From a virus, in IMG/VR virus record IMGVR_UViG_3300050122_000047, positions 1 through 42,126 of that record: a stretch of DNA of 42,126 bases; one strand, 5' to 3'. Numbering within the stretch: position 1 is the stretch's first letter; each line of letters opens with the position of its first letter. Positions 24,525 to 31,775 of the stretch are shown here, piece by piece. The notes below the pieces were generated by a model. It saw nothing but the letters and a program-made list of their open reading frames with translations, was not told the origin of the DNA and made no database searches. The translations under genes were made by a program, and so were the position numbers.

Positions 24525-25194
24525 AGCAACCGCCTGGAGCTATAGCCGCTACGAGACGTGGGCGCGCTGCCCGCTGCAATTCAAGTTCAAGTTCGTGGAC
24601 AAGCTCAAGGAGGCGGGCTCGCCGGCCATGGACCGGGGCTCGGTTATCCACCTGAGCGCCGCGCACTTCTGCACCGGGCAGGCGGACGCCATCGACCCCG
24701 CGTTCATGCAGCACAAACAGATTCTCAAGCTCGCCGAGGAGATCAGGGCGCACCCCTCCGAAGACAAGGACATCGAGCAACAGTGGGGCTACACGGCCAC
24801 GTTCGCGCCGACGGGCTGGTTCGGTGGGGACACCTGGTTCCGCTCGATCCTGGATGCCGGCGTCGTTTATGAGGACATGCACTATGAGGCCGTGGACTGG
24901 AAGACCGGCAAGCGCTACGGCTCGAACGACGACCAGGTGGAGACCCAAGCCCTGGCCGTGATGAAGCGGAACCCCATGGTTGTCCACGTCACCACGCGGC
25001 TCGCCTACGTTGACAGCGGCGACCAGGTCTTTGCCGAATTCCCTGCCACCCACATGGAAAAGATCGCGGCGAAGTGGCAGAAGAAAGTCACCCCGATGTT
25101 CGCCGACGAGATTTACGCCCCGAGGCCCAACGACAAGTGCAGGTTCTGCACCTGGCGCAGGAGCGGCGATTCGCCGAAATGTGCATTTGGCTAG
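24517..25194 (+). CDS. PD-(D/E)XK nuclease of the Cas4/RecB-like exonuclease type with a 4-Cys cluster
   Basis: 225 aa. N-terminal Cys in WARCPLQF. Catalytic-like ILDAGVVYEDMHYEAVDWKTGK. C-terminal CRFCTWRRSGDSPKC. Confidence 0.75.
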   Translation: MAKATAWSYSRYETWARCPLQFKFKFVDKLKEAGSPAMDRGSVIHLSAAHFCTGQADAIDPAFMQHKQILKLAEEIRAHPSEDKDIEQQWGYTATFAPTGWFGGDTWFRSILDAGVVYEDMHYEAVDWKTGKRYGSNDDQVETQALAVMKRNPMVVHVTTRLAYVDSGDQVFAEFPATHMEKIAAKWQKKVTPMFADEIYAPRPNDKCRFCTWRRSGDSPKCAFG

Positions 25195-25259
25195 GGAACT
25201 TAACAAAGTGTTGACAGTTCACTCTGCGGGACCGACGGGGTCCGCATTGGAGACTAATC

Positions 25260-25658
25260 ATGGCTTATCGACACAAGGGCGAGTACGTCCGCCCTACCAA
25301 GACGCTGGAACTTATGGGCCAGCATGGACCTACCAGAGCTGCCCAGATGCTGGGCGTGAGCACGTCGCGGCTGCACAAGGCCCGGCGGGAAATGAAGGTG
25401 TCCAAGATCGTGGAGGTCGCGGCGAACGCGCTTCTCAAGGGGCCGGCCACACGGGCCGAGTTGTTGTCCTCGGAGGTCGCGCCTGTGGCAAGCGAGCCGC
25501 GTGGCTTGCCCTTAGAGCAAGTCTCCTTCGCGCCGACGCCGGCCGCGCAGCAACGCCACCAGGACGAGACGATGTTCCTGATCTCGGTGCCCACGGAGAA
25601 AGCGGAGCTGGTCAAGCGTTTTGCGGAGATGCTGGACGCGGAGTGCTTATCGGCATAG
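25260..25658 (+). CDS. HTH DNA-binding protein (132 aa)
   Basis: SD GGAGAC. HTH-like PTRAAQMLGVSTSRLHKARRE. Follows a 65-nt gap that contains TTGACA (25211-25216). Confidence 0.6.
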   Translation: MAYRHKGEYVRPTKTLELMGQHGPTRAAQMLGVSTSRLHKARREMKVSKIVEVAANALLKGPATRAELLSSEVAPVASEPRGLPLEQVSFAPTPAAQQRHQDETMFLISVPTEKAELVKRFAEMLDAECLSA

Positions 25659-25667
25659 ATTGGGCGC

Positions 25668-26189
25668 ATGGCTACGACCCCGGAAGGCTACCTGTTGAAG
25701 TTCCTGGTGTCCCTGTGTACGCAGGCGCACCTAGTTCTGATCCGGCTGGCCTTCCGGCCTGGCGTTGCCTCGGGATGGCCGGATGTCCTCATTTTGATAC
25801 CGGGCGGGCGTGCCCTCTTCATGGAGTTGAAGCGTCCGGGTGTGCGCGTCGCGTCCGGCTCGTTACAGGATCACCGCATAGCGGTGCTGGGGACTTTGGG
25901 ATATGACGTTTGCGAGGTCAACTGCGCCCACGAGGTCCGTGAAGCCATCCTGGCAAGTCTGGAAGCCGCTGCCCTACATGGAGCGCGCTCGGGATCACCT
26001 GGTGTCTCGACACTCGGCCGGCCTGCCCCTTCGGCCTGGCTACCGGAAGACCTCCATCACGCTCTCGGCGTTCTGCGAGCTGCAACGGCTCGGGCAAGCG
26101 CGCACGATGCTCGTCATAGCCCCGCTAAAGGTGTGCCGAAACACCTGGCGGCAAGAGGGCGCAAAGTGGGAAGAGTTTCGGCACCTTAA
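25668..26189 (+). CDS. VRR-NUC domain nuclease; the last ~95 codons overlap the SNF2 gene out of frame and look non-native
   Basis: Residues ~30-95 (GWPDVLILIPGGRALFMELKRPGVRVASGSLQDHRIAVLGTLGYDVCEV) fit VRR-NUC. The first in-frame stop is only at 26189. Confidence 0.65.
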   Translation: MATTPEGYLLKFLVSLCTQAHLVLIRLAFRPGVASGWPDVLILIPGGRALFMELKRPGVRVASGSLQDHRIAVLGTLGYDVCEVNCAHEVREAILASLEAAALHGARSGSPGVSTLGRPAPSAWLPEDLHHALGVLRAATARASAHDARHSPAKGVPKHLAARGRKVGRVSAP

Positions 26190-27906
26190 GTTCACGCTGC
26201 TGCACGGGCCCAAGAAGGATGATGCGCTCAAGGAAGTGAGCGACATTTACCTGATCAACCCCGAAGGCGTCGAGTGGCTGGCCAACAAGTTCTTCGGCCG
26301 GTCGCTGCCCTTCGACGTCTGCACCATTGACGAGCTGACCAAGTTCAAGAACAGCCAGTCCGTCCGGGTGAAGAAGCTCCGGCCCCGCCTGGCGCAGGTC
26401 AAATACCGCTGGGGCCTCACCGGCTCGCTGAACCCGAACGGCCACATGGACCTGTTCGGCCAGATGCTCATGCTGGACGACGGCGCGGCGCTCGGCCGCT
26501 ACGTGACGCACTATCGCGACAAGTATTTCCGCGTCGGCTGGGACGGCTTCTCCTACGAGCTGGCCCCCGGTGCCGAGCAACGGATCGCCGAGCGGCTGGC
26601 CCCCTACTGGTTCCGCCTGGAGGATGACGAGCACCTACAGCTCCCGCCCGTGATCCCGGACGAACGGATGCTGACCCTGTCGCCGGCCGCGCAGAAGCTC
26701 TACGACCGGATGAAAAAGGACATGGTTGCCGAGTTGCCCCAAGGGGTGATCACGGCCGCCAACGCCGCCGCCTGCTACTCCAAGCTGGCCCAGATGGCCA
26801 ACGGCGCGGTGTACCTGGAAGGCAAGCGCGAGTATGCCCTGATCCACGACGAAAAGCTGGACGCCCTGGAAGACCTGGTGGCCGAGCTGAACGGCGAACA
26901 GATGCTGGTCGCCTACGAATTCAACCACGACTTCGAGCGGCTGCGCGAGCGGTTCGGCGTCATGGACAAGATCACCGGCCAGAAGGTGCTGCCGTACCTC
27001 GGCAAGGGCGTCACCGCCGCGCAAGAGGACATGTGGATCAAGGCCTGGAACCGGGGCGAGCTGCCGCTCCTGTTCGCGCACCCGGCGTCGGCCGGCCACG
27101 GGCTGAATCTCCAGGAAGGCAACGCGCATCACCTATGCTGGTTCTCGCCGATCTGGGACTTTGAACTATACGACCAGTTCATCGGCCGCCTTTGCAGGTC
27201 CGGCAATGTATCCGTTCAGATCATTAACCACACTTTGATGGTTAAAGGGACTATTGATGAGTTGAAGGTGTCCGCACTCAATGATAAGGACACTACGCAA
27301 GGGCGTTTCTTGAAGGCGCTCAACACCGAAATTCGGCGATCTGCCGAGACCATGGCCGCGATGGACACAGCGGTATCTAAGGAGACCGACATGGTTGCCC
27401 GACTTTCCCGCCCCGGCGGCGCTGCCCCTGCGGCGGCTCCCGCTGAATCTGATGCCAAGCCCGCGCCCAAGGGCTGGGGCTCACGCGGTGCCACTGCTGC
27501 GGCCCCGTCTGATACCACCGAGGACCAGCGCGAACGCATCCAGTCCGCCATCACTGGCGGCACCCCGGAAGAGATCGCCCTGGCCGCTGCGGAAGGTGCC
27601 CTGAACGCTGGTGGCGCTGAGCTGCCGGCCGATGCGCCCAAGACCCGCACGCGCAAGACCGCCGACGCTGCGCCGGCTCCGGCCGCCGTGGCAACGAACG
27701 TCCCCGACATCACAATCGGCGACACGAACGTCTCCGTTGACGGCGCTGCCGTGGCCATCATCGTCAAGGCCCGCGTCGAGCTGTTGAAGCTGGTCTTTGC
27801 CGATCCTGAAACCACGTTCGATGACGGCCTGGAAATGGCCACCGACCTCTGGGCCTGGTGCGTCGATCCCGAAGTGCTGGCCAAGTTCGAGCCGCAGGTG
27901 TTCTAA
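25903..27906 (+). CDS. SNF2/DEAD-like helicase with a ~170-aa Ala/Pro-rich C-terminal extension (start ATG 25903 or GTG 25939)
   Basis: KPLPYMERARDHL; GYRKTS (motif I-like); TIDELTKFKN (motif II); GLTGSLNPN (III); FAHPASAGHGLNLQ (V); FIGRLCRSGN (VI). Confidence 0.8.
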   Translation: MTFARSTAPTRSVKPSWQVWKPLPYMERARDHLVSRHSAGLPLRPGYRKTSITLSAFCELQRLGQARTMLVIAPLKVCRNTWRQEGAKWEEFRHLKFTLLHGPKKDDALKEVSDIYLINPEGVEWLANKFFGRSLPFDVCTIDELTKFKNSQSVRVKKLRPRLAQVKYRWGLTGSLNPNGHMDLFGQMLMLDDGAALGRYVTHYRDKYFRVGWDGFSYELAPGAEQRIAERLAPYWFRLEDDEHLQLPPVIPDERMLTLSPAAQKLYDRMKKDMVAELPQGVITAANAAACYSKLAQMANGAVYLEGKREYALIHDEKLDALEDLVAELNGEQMLVAYEFNHDFERLRERFGVMDKITGQKVLPYLGKGVTAAQEDMWIKAWNRGELPLLFAHPASAGHGLNLQEGNAHHLCWFSPIWDFELYDQFIGRLCRSGNVSVQIINHTLMVKGTIDELKVSALNDKDTTQGRFLKALNTEIRRSAETMAAMDTAVSKETDMVARLSRPGGAAPAAAPAESDAKPAPKGWGSRGATAAAPSDTTEDQRERIQSAITGGTPEEIALAAAEGALNAGGAELPADAPKTRTRKTADAAPAPAAVATNVPDITIGDTNVSVDGAAVAIIVKARVELLKLVFADPETTFDDGLEMATDLWAWCVDPEVLAKFEPQVF

Positions 27907-27940
27907 CAGGTCCGGGTGTCACGAGCACCTAGACACGAGG

Positions 27941-27971
27941 AGGCTCCGGGGCTATGCTCTGGAGCCTTTTT
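27941..27971 (+). terminator. Rho-independent terminator after the SNF2 gene, upstream of the holin
   Basis: aggctcc (27941-27947) / ggagcct (27961-27967) followed by TTTTT (27967-27971). Confidence 0.6.
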
Positions 27972-27986
27972 CGTGGAGACGAGACA

Positions 27987-28250
27987 ATGCCCCCGATCAT
28001 CCCGCAGCTCATTCCCGAGTGGAAGTCCGCCTGGCGCTGGTCGTCCGTTCGCCTGATGGCGCTGTCCGGCATGATCCAAGGCGTCCTGATGGCGTTCCCG
28101 GACCAGCTCAAGACCTACATCAGCCCGGACGTGCTCAAGTACCTGTCCGAGGCGGCGCTGGCCATCCTCATTCTCGCCGGCATTGGCCGGATCACCGCCC
28201 GCCCTGGAGACACCGATGTTCAACCCCCTAAGCCTAATTCCCAACCCTAA
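27987..28250 (+). CDS. Putative holin (87 aa, two hydrophobic segments)
   Basis: ATG 27987 with GGAGA 7 nt upstream; the track start 27954 lies inside the terminator. Translation MPPIIPQLIPEWKSAWRWSSVRLMALSGMIQGVLMAF...AALAILILAGIGRI. Directly precedes the spanins. Confidence 0.5.
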   Translation: MPPIIPQLIPEWKSAWRWSSVRLMALSGMIQGVLMAFPDQLKTYISPDVLKYLSEAALAILILAGIGRITARPGDTDVQPPKPNSQP

Positions 28251-28773
28251 GACCCTGCTGGTCGGCTTCGCAGCCGGCGCGCTCCTGGTCGGCGTCCCCG
28301 CCTCGCTCGTGGTCCACAAGATGGACCAGGCCGCGCTGGAGAAAGTGCAGCTTGCCGACGCCAAGGCCGCGACCGTGGCCGTCTCCCAGGCCGCCGCGAC
28401 CACCCACACCCTCGACACGCAGAACGGCACCGCTGCGGTCGCTGAGACCAAAGCCCAGGTGCAGATCGTCCACGACGTCCAAACCGTCACGAAGGAGATT
28501 CCCGTCTATGTCACCCCTGCTCAAGATGCTCGTTCCCCTTGCGCTGTCACTGTTGGCCTCGTGCGCATCCTCTACGCCAGCGCCCACGGCCTCGATCCCG
28601 CCAGCCTCACTCCTCCCGCCGGCTCCACTGATGACTCCTGCACGGCCGTTTCAGTCTCTGACCTGGCCGCCGCTCTTGCCACCGACTACGGCGTCGGCCG
28701 CGCCAATGCCGAACAGCTAGACGCCCTGATCGCGGCTGTGAAAGCGAACGCCCAGGCTCTCAGCGCGCCCTAA
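28216..28773 (+). CDS. i-spanin (Rz-like): N-terminal TM anchor plus a helical periplasmic domain
   Basis: ATG 28216 with GGAGA upstream. TM segment LLVGFAAGALLVGVPASLVV. It contains an embedded lipoprotein ORF in the +1 frame. Confidence 0.65.
   Translation: MFNPLSLIPNPKTLLVGFAAGALLVGVPASLVVHKMDQAALEKVQLADAKAATVAVSQAAATTHTLDTQNGTAAVAETKAQVQIVHDVQTVTKEIPVYVTPAQDARSPCAVTVGLVRILYASAHGLDPASLTPPAGSTDDSCTAVSVSDLAAALATDYGVGRANAEQLDALIAAVKANAQALSAP
28508..28720 (+). CDS. o-spanin (Rz1-like) lipoprotein, fully embedded in the i-spanin gene
   Basis: MSPLLKMLVPLALSLLASCASS carries the lipobox LLAS|C. The mature part is Pro-rich. The architecture is the lambda Rz/Rz1 embedded type. Confidence 0.65.
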   Translation: MSPLLKMLVPLALSLLASCASSTPAPTASIPPASLLPPAPLMTPARPFQSLTWPPLLPPTTASAAPMPNS

Positions 28774-28810
28774 GCCCCGGCGGCCTCGGCCGCTGTGCAG
28801 CACAGAGCCC

Positions 28811-28847
28811 AAAAAGAAGGCCCCTGGATTGCTCCGGGGGCCTTTAG
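28811..28847. terminator. Bidirectional hairpin terminator at the convergence of the two arms
   Basis: aaggcccctgga (28817-28828) / tccgggggcctt (28833-28844), ~12 bp with one G-U pair. Flanked by AAAAAGA on the left and TTT on the right, so the minus-strand reading ends in TTCTTTTT. Confidence 0.7.
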
Positions 28848-28880
28848 TCTGTCCAGGGTGAAAGGAAAAGCCCCTGGAGG

Positions 28881-29444
28881 TTAGGAAAGGAGGGTCCAGT
28901 CCTCGGCCAGGACATCGCCTTGGGAGGCCAGCCATGGCACGACGGTATCCTGCGCCGTCTTCATGTCAATGTGGCTCTGGTAGTTGATCTCGGTGCCCTC
29001 GGGATAGATGCCCAGCAGCGGGGCGCGGTTGACCTTGAAGGTCGAGCCCGGCACCAGGAACAGGAACATGCCTTTGCCGTTCCAGCCTAGGCGCGTGACC
29101 TTCATGCCGTCTTTGAGGTAGCGCACGGCCTGGCCGAAGTCGAACACCGTGGCCGGCTGTTGGGCCTGCTGCGCGTGCAGCGTCGGCGCGATCTCGCCGG
29201 CCGCGACGGCCTTCTGGTAGGGCATCCAGCGCCAGGTGTCGCCGTTCGGCGTCTCGTCCGGGCCGGTGTTTTCGGGAACGTGGGTGAACACCGCAGCGTG
29301 GTCGCGAGTGAACACGATCAGGTCCACGTCATTCGTGAGCTGGCCGACGCCCTTGCCATAGACATGGGTTACGATGGCGGGGTGGGTCTCGACGCCGCCG
29401 AGGCGCTGGTAGAGGACTATCCGGCCGAGGGTTGGTTTTGTCAT
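28881..29444 (-). CDS. Fusion protein: N-terminal small beta (SH3/Tudor-like) domain plus C-terminal DUF2829 (Thoeris anti-defence Tad2-type) domain
   Basis: 187 aa. The C-terminal FDFGQAVRYLKDGMKVTRLGWNGKGMFLFLVPGSTFKVNRAPLLGIYPEGTEINYQSHIDMKTAQDTVVPWLASQGDVLAEDWTLL is a near-consensus DUF2829 pattern. ATGA-coupled to the HNH gene. Confidence 0.65.
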   Translation of the reverse strand: MTKPTLGRIVLYQRLGGVETHPAIVTHVYGKGVGQLTNDVDLIVFTRDHAAVFTHVPENTGPDETPNGDTWRWMPYQKAVAAGEIAPTLHAQQAQQPATVFDFGQAVRYLKDGMKVTRLGWNGKGMFLFLVPGSTFKVNRAPLLGIYPEGTEINYQSHIDMKTAQDTVVPWLASQGDVLAEDWTLLS

Positions 29445-29782
29445 TGCTTCATCTCCTTTGCGCGGCGCAGATCGCGGCGCTTCTGATTCGTCTTGTGGGT
29501 CACCAGCTCCAGGTGCTCCGGGTTACAACAGCGTCGGCCGGCGTTGCCGGGAAGCTCCACACAAGTATGGTCTAGCTGCTTCTTAGGCGGGATCGGGCCG
29601 AAGCGGATCACCCACATAACGATATGAACGGCCATGGTCGCGCCGTCAATGCAGATACGGCCGTACCCGCCGCCGCGCCCTGATCCTGAGTCTGGCCCAT
29701 CCCAGCGGTGGCACCCACAGGGCAACACCGTGACGCGGGCCATGACCTTATCCCAGAGCGTTAGGCGGCGGTCGGTCATCAT
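29441..29782 (-). CDS. HNH endonuclease (113 aa)
   Basis: ATG 29782 in an ATGA overlap with the lysozyme stop. Motifs CGCHRW, GYGRICIDGATMAVHIVMW, LDHTC...CCNPEHLELVTHKTN. Confidence 0.75.
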   Translation of the reverse strand: MMTDRRLTLWDKVMARVTVLPCGCHRWDGPDSGSGRGGGYGRICIDGATMAVHIVMWVIRFGPIPPKKQLDHTCVELPGNAGRRCCNPEHLELVTHKTNQKRRDLRRAKEMKQ

Positions 29783-30231
29783 GGCAGGTCGAAGTAGCGT
29801 TCCTCGGCCTGGCGACGGGTCAGAAGGCCCGCCAGCACCGCGCCGGCTTGTTTGTCCCACTTGGGGAACTCGTTCGCCGCGCCGGCCAGGTCGCCAGCGT
29901 TCAGCAGCCGCAGCATGGTCGAGCCCAGGAAGTTGCCGGAGCCGATGTTGAACACCAGCGACACCAGGGCGTCGAACTCGTGCTGCGTGAGCTGGACGCC
30001 GGTCACATGGCTGTTGACCAGCCGCGCGGCCGAGGCAACGTCGGACACCAGCCAGGCGTTGGCCTCGTCCATGGTGCAGGTCGTGTCCGCTGTGACGCCG
30101 TTCGTGTGGCCAAAGCCGGCGGTCCAGACGTCCTTCGGGGTTGGCTTGTAGCCGGTGGGGCGGAACTTCTCAAACCCCTTGAGGAAGTCGTAGAGCCACT
30201 GACTCGGGGTCAGGTTGTTGACGTAGTTCAA
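29779..30231 (-). CDS. Endolysin, GH24 (T4/lambda-type) lysozyme
   Basis: 150 aa. FLKGFEKFRPTGYKPTPKDVWTAGFGHT (catalytic Glu context) and LVSLVFNIGSGNF. TTG start in a TTGA overlap, preceded by AAGGAGG. Confidence 0.8.
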   Translation of the reverse strand: MNYVNNLTPSQWLYDFLKGFEKFRPTGYKPTPKDVWTAGFGHTNGVTADTTCTMDEANAWLVSDVASAARLVNSHVTGVQLTQHEFDALVSLVFNIGSGNFLGSTMLRLLNAGDLAGAANEFPKWDKQAGAVLAGLLTRRQAEERYFDLP

Positions 30232-30782
30232 AGCCGTACCTCCTTAAAGGTGCCGAGGACGGGAGCGCCGTTCACGACCTGGTTGCCCTGGCGCATCTCC
30301 ACGGGGGTGCCGTTGACGCCGTCTTTAAGGGCGATCTCCAGCGCGGCCATGGCGTTCCAAGCCAGGTGCGCCAGGTGGGCGATCTGGCTCTCGTCGTCGT
30401 AGCGTTCGATTGCGGCCTTGGTCATGTGCCGGCCGATCCCGTCGCTGTAGCGGTTGAAGCCGTTGGGCACCTTCTGCCAGTCGGTCTTATATTCGCCGTC
30501 ATTGTATTTCCTGGCCCCGTACTCGGACACCAGGGCCACGGCGTTCATGGCGCGCGGGAAATAGGCGATGAAGCCACATACGACCGGGGCCTTGCCCACG
30601 TCCATCTTGCGGGCACCGTTCGCGCCATCGCCCACGCGGGCCTCGCCGAACGCCTTCTGGCCCAGCGGCACGATGGCCGGGACGGACACGGCCTCGCGAG
30701 CCGACGCGCCTCTGCTGAGATGCTTGCTGTAGTCCCTCTGCGCCTTCGCAAGCGTGATCGGGCGGGGTGCTGTTTTAGCCAC
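30228..30782 (-). CDS. DUF5664-type protein (domain found at the N-terminus of phage dATP/dGTP diphosphohydrolases)
   Basis: 184 aa, GTG start. MDVGKAPV...AMNAVALVSEYGARKYNDGEYKTDWQKVPNGFNRYSDGIGRHMTKAAIERYDDESQIAHLAHLAWNAMAALE matches the D.GK...G..KY....W....y.dA..RH.....D.ES...HlaH pattern. Confidence 0.55.
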   Translation of the reverse strand: MAKTAPRPITLAKAQRDYSKHLSRGASAREAVSVPAIVPLGQKAFGEARVGDGANGARKMDVGKAPVVCGFIAYFPRAMNAVALVSEYGARKYNDGEYKTDWQKVPNGFNRYSDGIGRHMTKAAIERYDDESQIAHLAHLAWNAMAALEIALKDGVNGTPVEMRQGNQVVNGAPVLGTFKEVRL

Positions 30783-31428
30783 GGGTCAGTCTCCTATAGC
30801 GGGTCATAAACTCGCCGCGCGAGCGGGAGATCGACCAAGGGATGATAAGCTCGGGCCAGGTCTGCGGCGGTGTGCCCCAATCAACCAGGCCCAGGTTGTT
30901 CTGGAGATCGCGGTGCTCGGCCGCGACGGCGAGATAGTCCTGGTGCTTGACCTCCGGCGTCATCTGCGCCGGCAGGCCGAACTTGGCCCGGATCACAGCT
31001 TCGACGCCGTGCTCTAGCTCTTTCCAGTAGTCCCGGCCGCCGGACAGGGTTGCCAGGTTCATCTTGATCGGCTTGGCCATGTCGCCCAGGACGTACTCCT
31101 GCGCGTCGTGCAGCAGCCCTTCGAGCTGTAGCTCCGGCGGCAGGTGATCGGACACCAGGCACGAGTGCTGAGCAACCGTGTAAATCTCGACACTGTCTTT
31201 CAGCGCGCCGTTGAACCGGCAGAGCCTGGACAGGTGGGAGGCGATGTCCTCGATATGGACGTCGTCGTCGGACGGGACCAGGGACCAGAACGGATGACCC
31301 GAGGCGAGGGTTTGATTGTACCCCCGCCCCGTGTCAGCTCCGGCCATCTTGCCCGTGTCGAACTTCGCCATCTCTTGCCTGCGCAAGTAGTCGGCGCTGT
31401 CCAATGCGAGTTGAAGGCCGTCGCCCAT
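30775..31428 (-). CDS. HD-domain phosphohydrolase (YfbR-like 5'-deoxynucleotidase type)
   Basis: 217 aa. IEDIASHLSRLCRFNG, YTVAQHS, LLHDAQEYVLGDMAKPIK. Confidence 0.7.
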   Translation of the reverse strand: MGDGLQLALDSADYLRRQEMAKFDTGKMAGADTGRGYNQTLASGHPFWSLVPSDDDVHIEDIASHLSRLCRFNGALKDSVEIYTVAQHSCLVSDHLPPELQLEGLLHDAQEYVLGDMAKPIKMNLATLSGGRDYWKELEHGVEAVIRAKFGLPAQMTPEVKHQDYLAVAAEHRDLQNNLGLVDWGTPPQTWPELIIPWSISRSRGEFMTRYRRLTRG

Positions 31429-31775
31429 CAGTCCTCTTCCTTGAACACTGACCCGTGAGCCTTGCGCTCGGCCGCGTCGATAGCGGTCTCATATAGGTCC
31501 AGGATGGCCTCGCCCTCGGCGCGCTTGGCCGCGTCTTGGCGGCGGCGCTGGAGCACCTTGCGGATCGTGGGCACGTCGTAGCCGTTGCCCTTGGCCTCGG
31601 CGTAGATTTCCTTGCGGTCCTCGCCCAGGCCTTCGATCTCTTCCGAGACGCGCTCGATCCGCTCCACGATGCCCAGGAGCTGGGCGGACGTGTTGCTGTG
31701 GAGCACGTCGATGGCGGCTACAGGTTCAGGTGCAGCCTTGGGGGGTTTGGCGGCCCCATCCGCTTTCTTGACCAC
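31428..31775 (-). CDS. gapR: GapR-like (DUF2312/UPF0335) DNA-binding protein
   Basis: 115 aa, GTG start. QLLGIVERIERVSEEIEGLGEDRKEIYAEAKGNGYDVPTIRKVLQRRRQDAAKRAEGEAILDLYETAI aligns closely by eye with Caulobacter GapR (...EVYAEAKGNGFDVKVLKKVVRIRKQD...DAILDLYLSAI). Confidence 0.8.
   Translation of the reverse strand: MVKKADGAAKPPKAAPEPVAAIDVLHSNTSAQLLGIVERIERVSEEIEGLGEDRKEIYAEAKGNGYDVPTIRKVLQRRRQDAAKRAEGEAILDLYETAIDAAERKAHGSVFKEED

Noticed and set aside
25211-25216. TTGACA in the gap before the HTH gene, as a sigma70 promoter
   Set aside because: No acceptable -10 hexamer lies 16-18 nt downstream (gacggg/cgacgg). The adjacent bulged hairpin lacks a U-tract. Too weak to call.
29783-29860. N-terminal extensions offered by the ORF track: HNH from 29860, portal from 7869, PolA from 22133, primase-helicase from 16056, holin from 27954, i-spanin from 28183
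   Set aside because: The extensions overlap the upstream genes, or a terminator, out of frame. They are Arg/Pro/Gly-rich and lack an SD, while internal starts with SDs or ATGA-type coupling exist.
22277-31428. Z-genome (2-aminoadenine) biosynthesis system, suggested by PolA plus an HD phosphohydrolase plus a DUF5664 protein
   Set aside because: No PurZ/adenylosuccinate-synthetase-like ORF (GDEGKG-type P-loop, ~340-400 aa) exists in any frame, so the defining enzyme is missing. The pair is kept as an open question in the findings.
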